A stretch of 64,000 nucleotides of DNA from Truepera sp. (GTDB lineage Bacteria; Deinococcota; Deinococci; Deinococcales; Trueperaceae), in contig CBDCKW010000009.1 in assembly GCA_965218435.1 (NCBI GenBank), positions 3,520,001 through 3,584,000 on the forward strand, in the 5' to 3' direction. The position numbers and the translations under genes are program-made. The notes beneath the pieces are model-generated. The model was not told the DNA's origin and searched no databases. It saw nothing but the letters and a program-made list of their open reading frames with translations. Below are positions 30,977-40,534 of the stretch, piece by piece. The first letter of the stretch is position 1; each line of letters opens with the position of its first letter.

Positions 30977-31495
30977 ATGCTGGACAAATCACCATTACTG
31001 CGCTTCGGTAATGACCCGGCCTCGGTAAAGGCGGCGCTGGAGCATGAATATACGGCGTTTGGGGCGCTTCCGGCGGCGCTCGCCGAGGTTTGGTTAACGC
31101 CATATCAGCCGGGCAAGTGGTCACCCGCGCAGGTGACCGAACACGTCCTCAAGGTCAACGTCGGGATAAGTAAAACGCTCTATCTGCTCCGCCGTGACGC
31201 GCCGCTACCCGAGCAGCCGCGGACACCGGGCGTTTTAAGAGACGGTAAAGCACAAGCACCTGAGTTCTCACAACCGGGGGCAGGGCTCGCTTGGACGGCG
31301 CTCGAACCGGGGTGGCTCGAGAGCAAGACCCGCTTTTTAGCCGAGGCCGCACAAGCCCGGGTTACGCCAGCCGGTGAGTCCGGGCGCACCTGGTTTCACC
31401 CTTACTTTGGCGACCTGAACGCGTTTGGTTGGCAGCAGGCGGCGGCCTTTCATATGGCGCATCACCGTAAACAGCTGCGCGGGTTGACAAGCTAG
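30977..31495 (+). CDS. DinB-family protein
   Basis: GKWSPAQVTEHV, HPYFG, HMAHH. TAAGCT 5 nt upstream. Confidence 0.8.
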   Translation: MLDKSPLLRFGNDPASVKAALEHEYTAFGALPAALAEVWLTPYQPGKWSPAQVTEHVLKVNVGISKTLYLLRRDAPLPEQPRTPGVLRDGKAQAPEFSQPGAGLAWTALEPGWLESKTRFLAEAAQARVTPAGESGRTWFHPYFGDLNAFGWQQAAAFHMAHHRKQLRGLTS

Positions 31496-31710
31496 AGCCT
31501 CGTCGGGGTCTGCAAAGTCTCGGGGTCTGTAAAGTCTGTGGTAGAGCTCAATGTTTCGGTGCCGGGTTCGGTAAATTTAGGCACTGCCGATGTGGTATAA
31601 ATTTACCATATTGCGTATAGCCGAGCTTAAAGCGCCGCTTTAGCAAACCTTTAGAACATACTAGACGCCGCAGAGCAGTACGTCTGCAGCACATCTAAAG
31701 AGGCCGGGAG

Positions 31711-32325
31711 GTGTGTATCAACTCTATAACGGAGTCCGATGAGCAGCTGATTTTGCAAATGGCTGCGCGTGACGAGGCGGCTCTCGCTGAACTCTATCGG
31801 CGCTACGGGCCTTATCTGGCGGCGCTTTCTAAGCGCATGTTGGGCGACAGCGGCGACGTGCAAGGATGTGTTCAAGACGCCTTTGTGCGGGCTTGGGAAG
31901 CGGCGGAGCGTTTTGATCCGGCGCGGGCGAGTGCCAAGACGTGGCTCGTAACGATCGGTCACCGCATTGCGATCAATAAGCTGCGCGGGCGGCGGCCCAC
32001 CCCGCTTCCGCTTGAAGATTGGGACGCGCCGACTCCGGCGGGTGACCCGGTGGAAAAAATCGGGCTCGAGGGCGCGGTCGCCACGCTCGCGGGCGATGAG
32101 CGCGAACTTATCGAACTGGCGTTTTACCAAGGTCATTCGCATCAGGAGTTGGCGGAACTGACCGGTAGACCGCTCGGCAGTATTAAGAGCAAACTCCGCA
32201 GCGCACTGCGCAAACTGCGCACTCAGCTAGATGACGGCGTAGAAGATGACACTCGTGATTCAGGTACCGACGCCACCGGGGGTAGAGCTTTAGACCGTTC
32301 AGATGAGAAGGGAGGTGAGGCATGA
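31711..32325 (+). CDS. ECF sigma factor (SigK-like), start uncertain
   Basis: DEAALAELYRRY, VQDAFVRAW, TWLVTIGH, LAFYQGHSHQELAE..GRPLGSIKS. Confidence 0.9.
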   Translation: MCINSITESDEQLILQMAARDEAALAELYRRYGPYLAALSKRMLGDSGDVQGCVQDAFVRAWEAAERFDPARASAKTWLVTIGHRIAINKLRGRRPTPLPLEDWDAPTPAGDPVEKIGLEGAVATLAGDERELIELAFYQGHSHQELAELTGRPLGSIKSKLRSALRKLRTQLDDGVEDDTRDSGTDATGGRALDRSDEKGGEA

Positions 32326-33098
32326 CCGTAGATCAAGATACGCTGGTAAGCTACGCGCTCGGCACCCTTACTCCCCAAGCTGAGGCGGAAGTTGCGGGCT
32401 ACCTTGGGGCGCACCCTGAAGACGCGGCGCTGGTCTCCGGATATCTCGAGAGCCTTGCCGACTTTGCGCTGCTCTTGCCCCCGGAGCCCCTCCCGGAAAC
32501 CGGTGAAGCCGACTTGATCGCAAGGATTCGGGGTACGGCCCCGCTCGCGCCGGTTATTCCTGACGCGCCGCCCGAAACGCAAACCGGACGCCCCGATACC
32601 AGACAACCTGACACCAGACAACCTGACGCACCTGCTACCAAACCGCCCCCTGTGATCGTCGTGCCGAAACGTCCGCATAACCCCAACCTCTGGTTAGCCG
32701 GTTTGGGCGCTGTTGCAGTTGCCGCGATGCTCTACTTTGCTGTAGTCACGTTTACCGACCCGAATGTGAGATACGCCCGCGAGTTGGAACAGTACCAGGC
32801 CGAACCGGGCGCACAGTCGTACGCGCTGGCCGTAGACGGTGAGGCGAAGCCGCTCGGGACGCTCGTGCGGCTCCAAGATGGGCGCGTCTTCGTCCTGGTA
32901 GACTCGCCCCCGGTAAACAATCAGGTGTATCAGGCGTGGAACATCGGCGCTGCGGCGACGTCGCTCGGAACTTTTACGGACCGCGCCTTTTTAAGCCAAG
33001 CTGCCGTGCCGTTGGGGAACACCTTTGGGCTGACGCTCGAGCCTCCCGGCGGCAGCGACCAACCCACCACCACGCCGCTCACATTGGTTAAACTCTAG
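32322..33098 (+). CDS. Anti-sigma factor (RskA-like)
   Basis: YALGTL N-terminus, one TM helix, VYQAW...SLG...FGLTLEPPGGSDQPT. ATGA overlap. Confidence 0.88.
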   Translation: MTVDQDTLVSYALGTLTPQAEAEVAGYLGAHPEDAALVSGYLESLADFALLLPPEPLPETGEADLIARIRGTAPLAPVIPDAPPETQTGRPDTRQPDTRQPDAPATKPPPVIVVPKRPHNPNLWLAGLGAVAVAAMLYFAVVTFTDPNVRYARELEQYQAEPGAQSYALAVDGEAKPLGTLVRLQDGRVFVLVDSPPVNNQVYQAWNIGAAATSLGTFTDRAFLSQAAVPLGNTFGLTLEPPGGSDQPTTTPLTLVKL

Positions 33099-33182
33099 GG
33101 TTAAACTCTAGGGCTGAGTTTTAAGGTCGAGCTTCGGGAGGTCAGCGAACGTCATCTGTGGCCACAGTTTGTAGTCTGTCCC

Positions 33183-33210
33183 GCATCCAACTTGCGTAAG
33201 AGCGGGTATA
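33183..33210 (+). promoter_or_regulatory. Candidate ECF promoter for the CHRD gene
   Basis: GCATCC-N17-GTATA about 50 nt upstream of the CHRD start, resembling SigK-type CATCC -35 elements. Confidence 0.45.
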
Positions 33211-33260
33211 TGTGAAGAGAACCACTTAGAGCCCAGCTCTACATTCGAAAGGAGTTCTTT

Positions 33261-33770
33261 ATGAAACGCACCTTTTTACTTGGTCTTTTACTAACTCTTG
33301 GCGTGGCAATGGCGCAGGGCATGTCGGGCGGGATGATGTCGGGCGGCGAAATGATGTCCGGTGGCATGATGTCTGGCGGCAGCATGATGGGCCAGCCCTT
33401 CCAGGTCACACTCTCGGGTGACAACGAAGTGCCCCCGGTAACGACCGACGCAACCGGCAGCGCAACCGTTACACTGATGGGCGACACCATGACCGTCAAC
33501 GGCGACTTTTCCGGCTTAAGCAGCCCGGTTATCGAAATTGCGGGTAGCTCCGGTCACATCCATATGGGCGCAGCCGGTGAAAACGGCGACGTGATCTTCC
33601 CCCTTAACGTAAGCGTAGACAGTGGGCAGACCAGCGGAATCTTCAGCCTGTCAACCACGCTTACCCCCGACCAGGTCAGTGCCTTTGAAGCAGGCGACTT
33701 GTATATCAACTTCCATACGGAGATGAATCAGGGCGGCGAGATTCGCGGACAGATTACACCGGGAATGTAA
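33261..33770 (+). CDS. Secreted CHRD-domain protein with Met-rich N-terminus
   Basis: Signal peptide, (GGMMS)-like repeats, LSGDNEVPPV, HIH, LYINFHT...GGEIRGQI. Confidence 0.88.
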   Translation: MKRTFLLGLLLTLGVAMAQGMSGGMMSGGEMMSGGMMSGGSMMGQPFQVTLSGDNEVPPVTTDATGSATVTLMGDTMTVNGDFSGLSSPVIEIAGSSGHIHMGAAGENGDVIFPLNVSVDSGQTSGIFSLSTTLTPDQVSAFEAGDLYINFHTEMNQGGEIRGQITPGM

Positions 33771-33786
33771 TTTCGTTTTTCCCAAG

Positions 33787-33813
33787 AAGGCGGCTTTCGG
33801 GTCGCCTTTTTTT
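33787..33813 (+). terminator. Rho-independent terminator
   Basis: AAGGCGGCT-TTCG-GGTCGCCTT then T-run. Confidence 0.85.
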
Positions 33814-33899
33814 GTTGTAATGCTCGGTTCATTTTGGCGGGTTTTCTTTTTGCCCGAGTACAAAATTTCAAAACGCTTATAGTTGAATATAGTCAAAGG

Positions 33900-34832
33900 G
33901 TGGCGCAGCGACTAGAACAAGTAGAGCTTGGCGGCGTCAAACAGTGGCTCTTGCTCAGAGGCGCTGAAACGCGCCCTATCTTGCTCTTTTTACACGGCGG
34001 CCCCGGCAGCGCCGAGATCGCTACGGCCAGTCGCTATCAGCGGGAGCTCGAGCCCCACTTTTTGGTCGTCAATTGGGATCAGCGCGGCGCTGGCAAATCG
34101 CGCGACCACGGCGTTTTAAGCGTTGAGCAACTCGTCTCTGATACCACCGAACTTATCAACCTGCTCTTAGCGAGGTTTGGGCGGCAAAACCTGTACCTGC
34201 TCGGCCACTCGTGGGGCAGCGCGTTAGGTCTTCTTGTTACGCACCGCTCTCCTGAGCTTGTGCGCGGCTTTATCGGCGTCGGTCAGCTGGTAGACGGGGC
34301 CGAAAATGAACGCTTATCTTTTAGGCATGTGAGGGAGTACGCACGCCGCACAAATAATCGGCTGGCACTTTGGCACCTACGCCGTCATGCACCGCCTTAC
34401 GGCTGTGATGTTCGTGCGCTCCTCGCGCAGCGCACGTGGCTTTACCTGTCTCGAGGCTTTTTTTATTCGCGCGTGGCCGCGCTGCGTTACGTCCTGGCTT
34501 TTCTGACCTCGACTACCTACAATTTGCCCGACAAACTCGGCTACTCCCGCCACCTGCGGACCTCACTCCGGCAGCTCTGGCCGGAAGTGGAAGCCTTAAA
34601 CCTTTCCAGAGACGTTCCCGGCGTCGAGGTTCCGGTTTTGTTTTGCTTCGGAAAATATGACATGACGACCCCTTCAGCTCTGGCCGTGCGGTATTTTGGG
34701 GCGCTGGTAGCGCCCAGCAAGCAGCTCGTGTGGTTTGACGCGTCGGCTCACTGTCCGAACCTCCAGGAACCCCGAAAGTTTGCCTCGGTCGTAACTGCGT
34801 GGGCTGGGCGAACGGGTGAGCCACCGCTATAG
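33900..34832 (+). CDS. Alpha/beta hydrolase (proline iminopeptidase-like)
   Basis: HGGPG, WDQRGAGKS, GHSWG, D..TP, SAH. GTG 33900 is 6 nt after TATAGT. Confidence 0.88.
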   Translation: MAQRLEQVELGGVKQWLLLRGAETRPILLFLHGGPGSAEIATASRYQRELEPHFLVVNWDQRGAGKSRDHGVLSVEQLVSDTTELINLLLARFGRQNLYLLGHSWGSALGLLVTHRSPELVRGFIGVGQLVDGAENERLSFRHVREYARRTNNRLALWHLRRHAPPYGCDVRALLAQRTWLYLSRGFFYSRVAALRYVLAFLTSTTYNLPDKLGYSRHLRTSLRQLWPEVEALNLSRDVPGVEVPVLFCFGKYDMTTPSALAVRYFGALVAPSKQLVWFDASAHCPNLQEPRKFASVVTAWAGRTGEPPL

Positions 34833-34839
34833 TCAGGTC

Positions 34840-35856
34840 ATGACGGCCAACATCTTGTCCCCTTACGGTAAAAACGTCACCGCTGAGCTGAACGATGTCT
34901 ACAACTTAGCGTCTGTTGACGAACTCCTGGAACGCGTCTCTAACTTTTTGGCAGCTGGCTACGGATTTGCAGAGGTTCACATCGAGGAAATTTACGTCGC
35001 TTTTGGCATCGCCGTCAGATTTTCTCACGCCGGTACGAGTTACTATCTGAAGTTCACCGGACGTGCGAACCACGGAGACCCGGAAGGCTTGTTTGCTTAC
35101 CGCGAGTATCTCAGAAAGCAGCAACTCCCTCTCCCTGAAATCGTCGAAACCGTAAACGGAACGTACTTTGAAACTATCCTTGACAATTCTCCTTACGACG
35201 TGACCTATGGGATGAAAACGCTTCCCGGCAGGCCAATCACCCGGAAGACCGTGGGAGAACTCGAGCAGTACGCCCATGTGATGGCCCAGTTTCACCGTCT
35301 CGGCGCAACCTACGAACCCAAGGTTTACGCCAGGTCGCGGGATGTGCACAGGTATTTTGCGGAGGCTCGAGACGATTTAGAGAGCGTAGCTTATGTTCAC
35401 GCGAGGCTCGAGCCGCTTAAGACAAACAACACCTTGTCAAAAACGCATATTCACAGAGACTTTCGGCTTTGTCACGCTCTATTTGAAGACCAAACGCTGT
35501 CAGGCATTATTGACGCCGAGCACGCGGAATATGCTGAACGTATCTTCGACGTTTGCATGGGGCTCGTCAGTCACCCTAATCCTGCTCAGTGCCTACTCCT
35601 AAACTTGGGTGAAATCCTGGAGTATATAAAATATTATGATAGGCTCTACCCGCTTACCCAACCCGACCGTCAGGCACTCAAGGCGATGCTGCTGTGCGCT
35701 CTACTCAACGAGCTGTCTGGCGCTTTTCTCTTCGTTGATACCGGGCAGAGTGAGGCAAGGGAGACAGACATCGCTAAACTGTGGTTGATACTGAAGCACG
35801 TTGAGCCGTTACCCGACGATTTGGGGCTTTTTAGCTCACATCGCCCAACTGCTTGA
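34840..35856 (+). CDS. Phosphotransferase (APH/type II homoserine kinase-like)
   Basis: YYLK, MAQFH, HIHRDF, GIIDAE. ATG 34840 is 6 nt after TATAGT. Confidence 0.7.
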   Translation: MTANILSPYGKNVTAELNDVYNLASVDELLERVSNFLAAGYGFAEVHIEEIYVAFGIAVRFSHAGTSYYLKFTGRANHGDPEGLFAYREYLRKQQLPLPEIVETVNGTYFETILDNSPYDVTYGMKTLPGRPITRKTVGELEQYAHVMAQFHRLGATYEPKVYARSRDVHRYFAEARDDLESVAYVHARLEPLKTNNTLSKTHIHRDFRLCHALFEDQTLSGIIDAEHAEYAERIFDVCMGLVSHPNPAQCLLLNLGEILEYIKYYDRLYPLTQPDRQALKAMLLCALLNELSGAFLFVDTGQSEARETDIAKLWLILKHVEPLPDDLGLFSSHRPTA

Positions 35857-36277
35857 TCTCTTCGATAAACCGGTCTACCGAATCAAAATCGCGGTAAACG
35901 CTTAGAAAGCGGATATACGCCACGTCGTCCAAGCTTTTTAAGAACCGGAGCGCCTTGATGCCGATAGCCTCAGCCTGCACTTCGGGCGTCTGCACGGCGT
36001 CTTCAAAGGTGTAGGCGAACTCGCGGAGCTGTTTTTCGGTGATGGGGCGTTTGTTACAGGCAATCCTGAGCTTTTGTAAGAGTTTGTCGGGATTAAACGC
36101 CTCGCGCCGCCCCGAACGTTTCACAACCATCAGCGCCTCGAACTGCGCGCGTTCGTAGGTGGTAAAGCGGCGACTACAGACGGCGCACTCGCGCCGCCGC
36201 CGAATCGCCGTGCCCTCGTCGCTGGGGCGCGAATTGACGACGCGGGTGTCGTCCGAAGAGCAAAATGGGCAGTTCAC
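35831..36277 (-). CDS. nrdR: Transcriptional repressor NrdR
   Basis: CPFC...IRRRRECAVCSRRFTTYE, ATP cone, VAYIRF.SVY. Confidence 0.96.
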   Translation of the reverse strand: MNCPFCSSDDTRVVNSRPSDEGTAIRRRRECAVCSRRFTTYERAQFEALMVVKRSGRREAFNPDKLLQKLRIACNKRPITEKQLREFAYTFEDAVQTPEVQAEAIGIKALRFLKSLDDVAYIRFLSVYRDFDSVDRFIEEIKQLGDVS

Positions 36278-36323
36278 AGGTTGTTCATAACTTATTTCTC
36301 ATGGATTATTTACCGGTGAGGCG

Positions 36324-37172
36324 CTACCAAGTCGTGTCAATGACGTTTTCCAGCGGCGTATCGTCCAGCTCGCTATCCTCGAGGTCTTCATTTGCTTCGT
36401 CTTCGGTATCTTCGTCCAGGGCGTCTTCCAACTCGTCTTCGCCTTCGTCGTAGACGCTGGCCTCGAGGTCGTCTTGGCGCACGTTGGCGTCTAGCGCGGC
36501 CCTTACCTCAGGCAAGAGCGATTCGATATCTTTGGGGGGTGGCGGCAACGTCACGTAAAACCGCTGGCCTGAGAGCCCGGTCTCACGTGCGCCCAAGTAC
36601 ATCACGTTTTCGACGAGCGCCGCGTCGTGTTTGGGGTCCGACGCGCTCCGTGAAGGCACCGCGACGTTCACACTCAGGCTCTCGTGGCGCGACTCAAACC
36701 CCGTCGCCATCCGGGTAATCGCGCCGCGCACTGCCACCATGTGCGGTTCAGTGGCGGCTTTGGGCGGCGACACGATCACGACCCAAGCGTGCTCTAACAG
36801 CCGCGCCGCAGACTTAAGGACCAAAAAGGTGCTTTTGAGGTTTTCGTCTAACAGCTCGCTAAACTCGCCCTCGCCCAGCTCGCTAAAACGGGTGTTACTT
36901 TCAAACGCCGCGACGTGAACAACGCCGGAAAGGTCACCGAAAATCTCAAACACCTTGTCAAACGTGCCGCGCACATCGCTCTGCACCGACATATCAGCCT
37001 GGATGGGAATCGCTTGCCCGCCTAACTCTTCGATTTCGGCGGCCGTCTTCGAGGCGAGCACCACATCTTTGTCGGCGCACACCACGTCAAAGTCGGCTTG
37101 GCCGTAGGCGAGCGCAACTGCGCGCCCGAACCCTTGACCGACATTGGTAACTAAAACGACGCTGACGCCCAC
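36324..37172 (-). CDS. Atypical SDR-fold protein with acidic C-terminal tail
   Basis: TNVGQGFGRAVA Rossmann motif, no YxxxK, D/E-rich last ~40 aa. Confidence 0.75.
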   Translation of the reverse strand: MGVSVVLVTNVGQGFGRAVALAYGQADFDVVCADKDVVLASKTAAEIEELGGQAIPIQADMSVQSDVRGTFDKVFEIFGDLSGVVHVAAFESNTRFSELGEGEFSELLDENLKSTFLVLKSAARLLEHAWVVIVSPPKAATEPHMVAVRGAITRMATGFESRHESLSVNVAVPSRSASDPKHDAALVENVMYLGARETGLSGQRFYVTLPPPPKDIESLLPEVRAALDANVRQDDLEASVYDEGEDELEDALDEDTEDEANEDLEDSELDDTPLENVIDTTW

Positions 37173-37332
37173 GACGTTTAAGCATACAGGTTTTTACGCG
37201 CTCAGGTGAAACTTGGCGCAGCTTCGGGGCTTCGTCTCCGGCACGTTGCCCTAGACTGCGGCCCTGTTAAGATGAGGCTATGACCCTTAGGAACACCCGT
37301 AGCAATACCGGTAGCAACAATAAGAGCAGCTT

Positions 37333-38241
37333 ATGGCGCTAGAGCGGTGGTTTCGCCGCAAACGCCCGACCCGCGCCGATGATGACCCCAGCCCCGCCGG
37401 ACTATGGCTCAAATGCGAAGAGTGCAGCGCCCAAATCTACCGCAAAGACTTGGAGGCCAATCTCTACCTCTGCACCGAATGCGGCCACCACTACCGGATG
37501 CCCGCCGACGCGCGCGTGGCCATGCTCGCCGACGAGGGGTCGTTTGAACGCTGGTCGGGAAGTATCCGGGCTGCCGACCCCCTGACGTTTGCAGATACCG
37601 AGACCTATCCGGAGCGGATTAGACGCTCCGCCGACAAGCAGAAGCGGCCCGACGCGATCCTCACAGGTGCAGCAACGCTTTCAGGACAGAAGGTTGCCTT
37701 GTCGGTCATGGACTTCTTTTTCGCCGGGGGTTCGATGGGTTCGGTCGTCGGTGAAGAGATCGCCCGCGCCGCCGAACGCGCCGCTGACGAAGGTCGCGCG
37801 TTCGTCTCGGTGGCGGCGTCAGGGGGCGCGCGGATGCAAGAGGGCGCGCTTTCGCTGATGCAAATGGCGAAGACGACCATCGCGTTGGAGACCCTTTCAC
37901 GGGCCAAACTGCCCTATATCAGCGTGTTGACCGACCCGACAACGGGCGGCGTCACCGCGAGTTTTGCCACCCTCGGCGACATCATCGTCTCCGAACCGCA
38001 GGCTCTTATCGGGTTTGCGGGGCCACGCGTGATTCAGCAAACCATCAAGCAAGACCTGCCGCCGGGGTTTCAGCGGGCTGAATTCCTGCTGCAAAAAGGG
38101 ATGCTCGACGACGTGGTCAAACGCTCTGAACTTAAGGCGCGGCTGGCGCTCTATCTGGAGCTTTTGCGCGGTACCTTAGACCGCACTCCGGGCAGTCCCC
38201 CGAACGCGGTGGGGGGTGAGCCCGGTGGCGCTCCCGTTTGA
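37333..38241 (+). CDS. accD: Acetyl-CoA carboxylase carboxyltransferase beta subunit
   Basis: WLKCEEC...CTECGHH zinc ribbon, [27 protein letters not shown]. Confidence 0.96.
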   Translation: MALERWFRRKRPTRADDDPSPAGLWLKCEECSAQIYRKDLEANLYLCTECGHHYRMPADARVAMLADEGSFERWSGSIRAADPLTFADTETYPERIRRSADKQKRPDAILTGAATLSGQKVALSVMDFFFAGGSMGSVVGEEIARAAERAADEGRAFVSVAASGGARMQEGALSLMQMAKTTIALETLSRAKLPYISVLTDPTTGGVTASFATLGDIIVSEPQALIGFAGPRVIQQTIKQDLPPGFQRAEFLLQKGMLDDVVKRSELKARLALYLELLRGTLDRTPGSPPNAVGGEPGGAPV

Positions 38242-39178
38242 AAAACCGATTGACGACCTCGCCGCGCGGATAGAGGATATGCGCGCCTACGCCGCCGAGC
38301 AAAAGATTGACCTGTCTGAAGAGATTACGCTTCTAGAGGGGCGGTTGGGGGGCTTACAGCGTGACATCTTCGAAAACCTGACGCGTTGGCAACGGGTGCA
38401 AGTCGCCCGCGCCCCGGGCCGTCCCACCGCCCTAGACTATATCGGCCGGGTGTTTGAACCCTTTACCGAACTTCACGGCGACCGGGCGCTCGGCGACGAC
38501 AGCGCCATCGTCACCGGGCTCGGGCGTTTGGGAGGCCACAGCGTCGTGGTGATCGGTCAGCAAAAAGGCCGCGACACGAAAGAAAATATCGGCCGCAACT
38601 TCGGCATGGCGCACCCGGCGGGTTACCGCAAAGCGATGCGGATGTTTGACCTAGCCGACAAGTTCGGCCTCCCGGTCGTAACTTTAATTGACACCCCCGG
38701 CGCGTATCCGGGCGTCGCGGCTGAAGAGCAGGGGCAGGCGTGGGTGATCGCTGAAAGCATCCAGCGGATGAGCCAGCTTACCGTTCCGGCAGTCGCGGTT
38801 GTCATCGGGGAAGGTGGGTCGGGGGGCGCGCTCGCCGTAGGGGTCGCCAACCGCGTGTTGATCCTGGAAAACGCCATCTATTCGGTGATCAGCCCCGAGT
38901 CGTGCGCGGCCATCTTATGGCGCGACGCGTCGCAGGCTCCCAAAGCAGCCGAGGCGCTTAAATTAACGGCTTATGACCTCTTAGAGCTGGGCGTCGTAGA
39001 CGGCGTGATCAAAGAACCGGTCGGCGGCGCGCACCGTGACCCGGCCACCACCATCGGGTGCGTGGCAGTGCGTCTCCGTGAAGAACTAGGCGCGCTCGAG
39101 GGTTTGTCTGAAACCGAGTTGTTGGCGCAGCGGCACGCACGGTTTCGCAATATGGGGCGGCTCGAGGCGGTGACTTAG
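38216..39178 (+). CDS. accA: Acetyl-CoA carboxylase carboxyltransferase alpha subunit (start may be GTG 38225)
   Basis: [45 protein letters not shown]. Confidence 0.96.
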   Translation: MSPVALPFEKPIDDLAARIEDMRAYAAEQKIDLSEEITLLEGRLGGLQRDIFENLTRWQRVQVARAPGRPTALDYIGRVFEPFTELHGDRALGDDSAIVTGLGRLGGHSVVVIGQQKGRDTKENIGRNFGMAHPAGYRKAMRMFDLADKFGLPVVTLIDTPGAYPGVAAEEQGQAWVIAESIQRMSQLTVPAVAVVIGEGGSGGALAVGVANRVLILENAIYSVISPESCAAILWRDASQAPKAAEALKLTAYDLLELGVVDGVIKEPVGGAHRDPATTIGCVAVRLREELGALEGLSETELLAQRHARFRNMGRLEAVT

Positions 39179-39206
39179 CCCTGCCTGCCGGGGCCTTTGC
39201 TAGGTC

Positions 39207-40178
39207 TTACCGGTCGCCGGACTCGAGCCAAGCCCGCTCCGCTTCACTCAAATTGAGACTGAGCGCCGCTAAATTAGCCGCAAACTCCGCGCCACCCTTA
39301 CAGCCGACCAGCGCGTAGAGGTCTAAAGGTTGACTCGTGACGTACGCGAGCGCCAGTTGCGGGAGCGATACACCTTTATCAGCAGCCAGCTGTTCTGCCC
39401 GTTCTAAACGCTTAAAGTTCGCTTCATAGCAGTACGAGCCAACGCAGAGTTTATCCAAGTACGAGGTGAAGCTCTCCAGATTGTCACGGCGAAACCGCCC
39501 CGAGAAGAAGCCCCCAGCCAGACTCGACCAGGTGAGGAGCGGTGTGTTCTCCCGCCCATACCACGCCCGCGCCGCCTTCCCGGATGGTCCGCCGATACTC
39601 ACGCACCCCGGCCACGGCTCCTGAACTTGTTCGGCTAAGCTGAAGTTCGGGCTGCTTACGGCAAAAGGGGTTAAACCGTGCTCGGCGGCGTACCGGTTGG
39701 CTTCGGCAAAACGCGTCTGCGACCAGTTCGACGCGCCGAAGGCCCGCACCTTACCGCTCTTTTGGTGTTCGTTTAAGACTTCGATAATCGGACCGACCGG
39801 AACGGAAGGGTCGTCGCGGTGCAACACGTAGAGGTCGAGCGTGTCAAACCCGAAACGGGCGAGCGAGTCGTGCAAATCGGCGGTGATGTCAAAAGGTGTG
39901 ACCCGCTTGCGGTCGGCGTTATGGTGCGCACCTTTGGCGATGATGACAACCCGGTCGCGGAGCCCCCTTTCCCGTACCCAGCGCCCGACCGTGCGTTCGT
40001 TGTCGCCGTCGCCGTACACGTGCGCGGTGTCAAACGCCGTGCAACCGAGCGCGAAAACCTCGTCGAGCAGCCGAAACGACCGCGCTTCTTCAGCCGAGTT
40101 GACCATCACCGTACCTTGAACGAGCCTCGAGACCGGCTTCTCTAAACCGGGTAGGGTGCCGTAACGCATGTCTGTCAT
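39207..40178 (-). CDS. Aldo/keto reductase
   Basis: FDTAHVYG, KGAH, LYVLHRDD, FGASNW. GAGGAG RBS before ATG 40178. Confidence 0.9.
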   Translation of the reverse strand: MTDMRYGTLPGLEKPVSRLVQGTVMVNSAEEARSFRLLDEVFALGCTAFDTAHVYGDGDNERTVGRWVRERGLRDRVVIIAKGAHHNADRKRVTPFDITADLHDSLARFGFDTLDLYVLHRDDPSVPVGPIIEVLNEHQKSGKVRAFGASNWSQTRFAEANRYAAEHGLTPFAVSSPNFSLAEQVQEPWPGCVSIGGPSGKAARAWYGRENTPLLTWSSLAGGFFSGRFRRDNLESFTSYLDKLCVGSYCYEANFKRLERAEQLAADKGVSLPQLALAYVTSQPLDLYALVGCKGGAEFAANLAALSLNLSEAERAWLESGDR

Positions 40179-40241
40179 GTTGCTCCTCATCAGAGCGCAC
40201 GCGCCGAGTCTCCTCGAGCTGATCCGGTTGCCTGCGTCCTT

Positions 40242-40293
40242 TTGTCTTAACCAATTGTTTTAACCAACCGTCTTAACCAATTGTCTTACCAGC
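40242..40293. repeat. 13-bp tandem repeat, 4 degenerate copies
   Basis: TTGTCTTAACCAA TTGTTTTAACCAA CCGTCTTAACCAA TTGTCTTACCAGC. Confidence 0.8.
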
Positions 40294-40534
40294 CTACACC
40301 CGCTAACCTTAACGCGCTCCGCTGTCGTTGCCAGTTCGGGTGTGCGCCGAAAACCAGCCGCCGTCAGTTAATTCACCAGCGGTTGGAGAGACTCGTGTAT
40401 ATACTGAATAACTGCGGGGTGCGTTCTCAGCAGACGGCTGCGCCCTGATTTTAAGCCTGACTTAAGCTTCCAGCCGTAAACTTTTTGCTGATGTCTTTTT
40501 GCTCCCTCTGCCTTTCTTACCAACTCGGAGTGTC

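Noticed and set aside
35362..35412. GAGGCTCGAG repeated 41 bp apart in the phosphotransferase gene
   Set aside because: The frame is intact and such matches are expected given the motif's abundance.
40242..40293. Tandem repeats as a CRISPR array
   Set aside because: 13-bp units with no spacers and no cas genes. The same applies to 5342-5386.
40410..40530. Riboswitch in the peroxidase leader
   Set aside because: Only short stems and no conserved core of any family I recognise.
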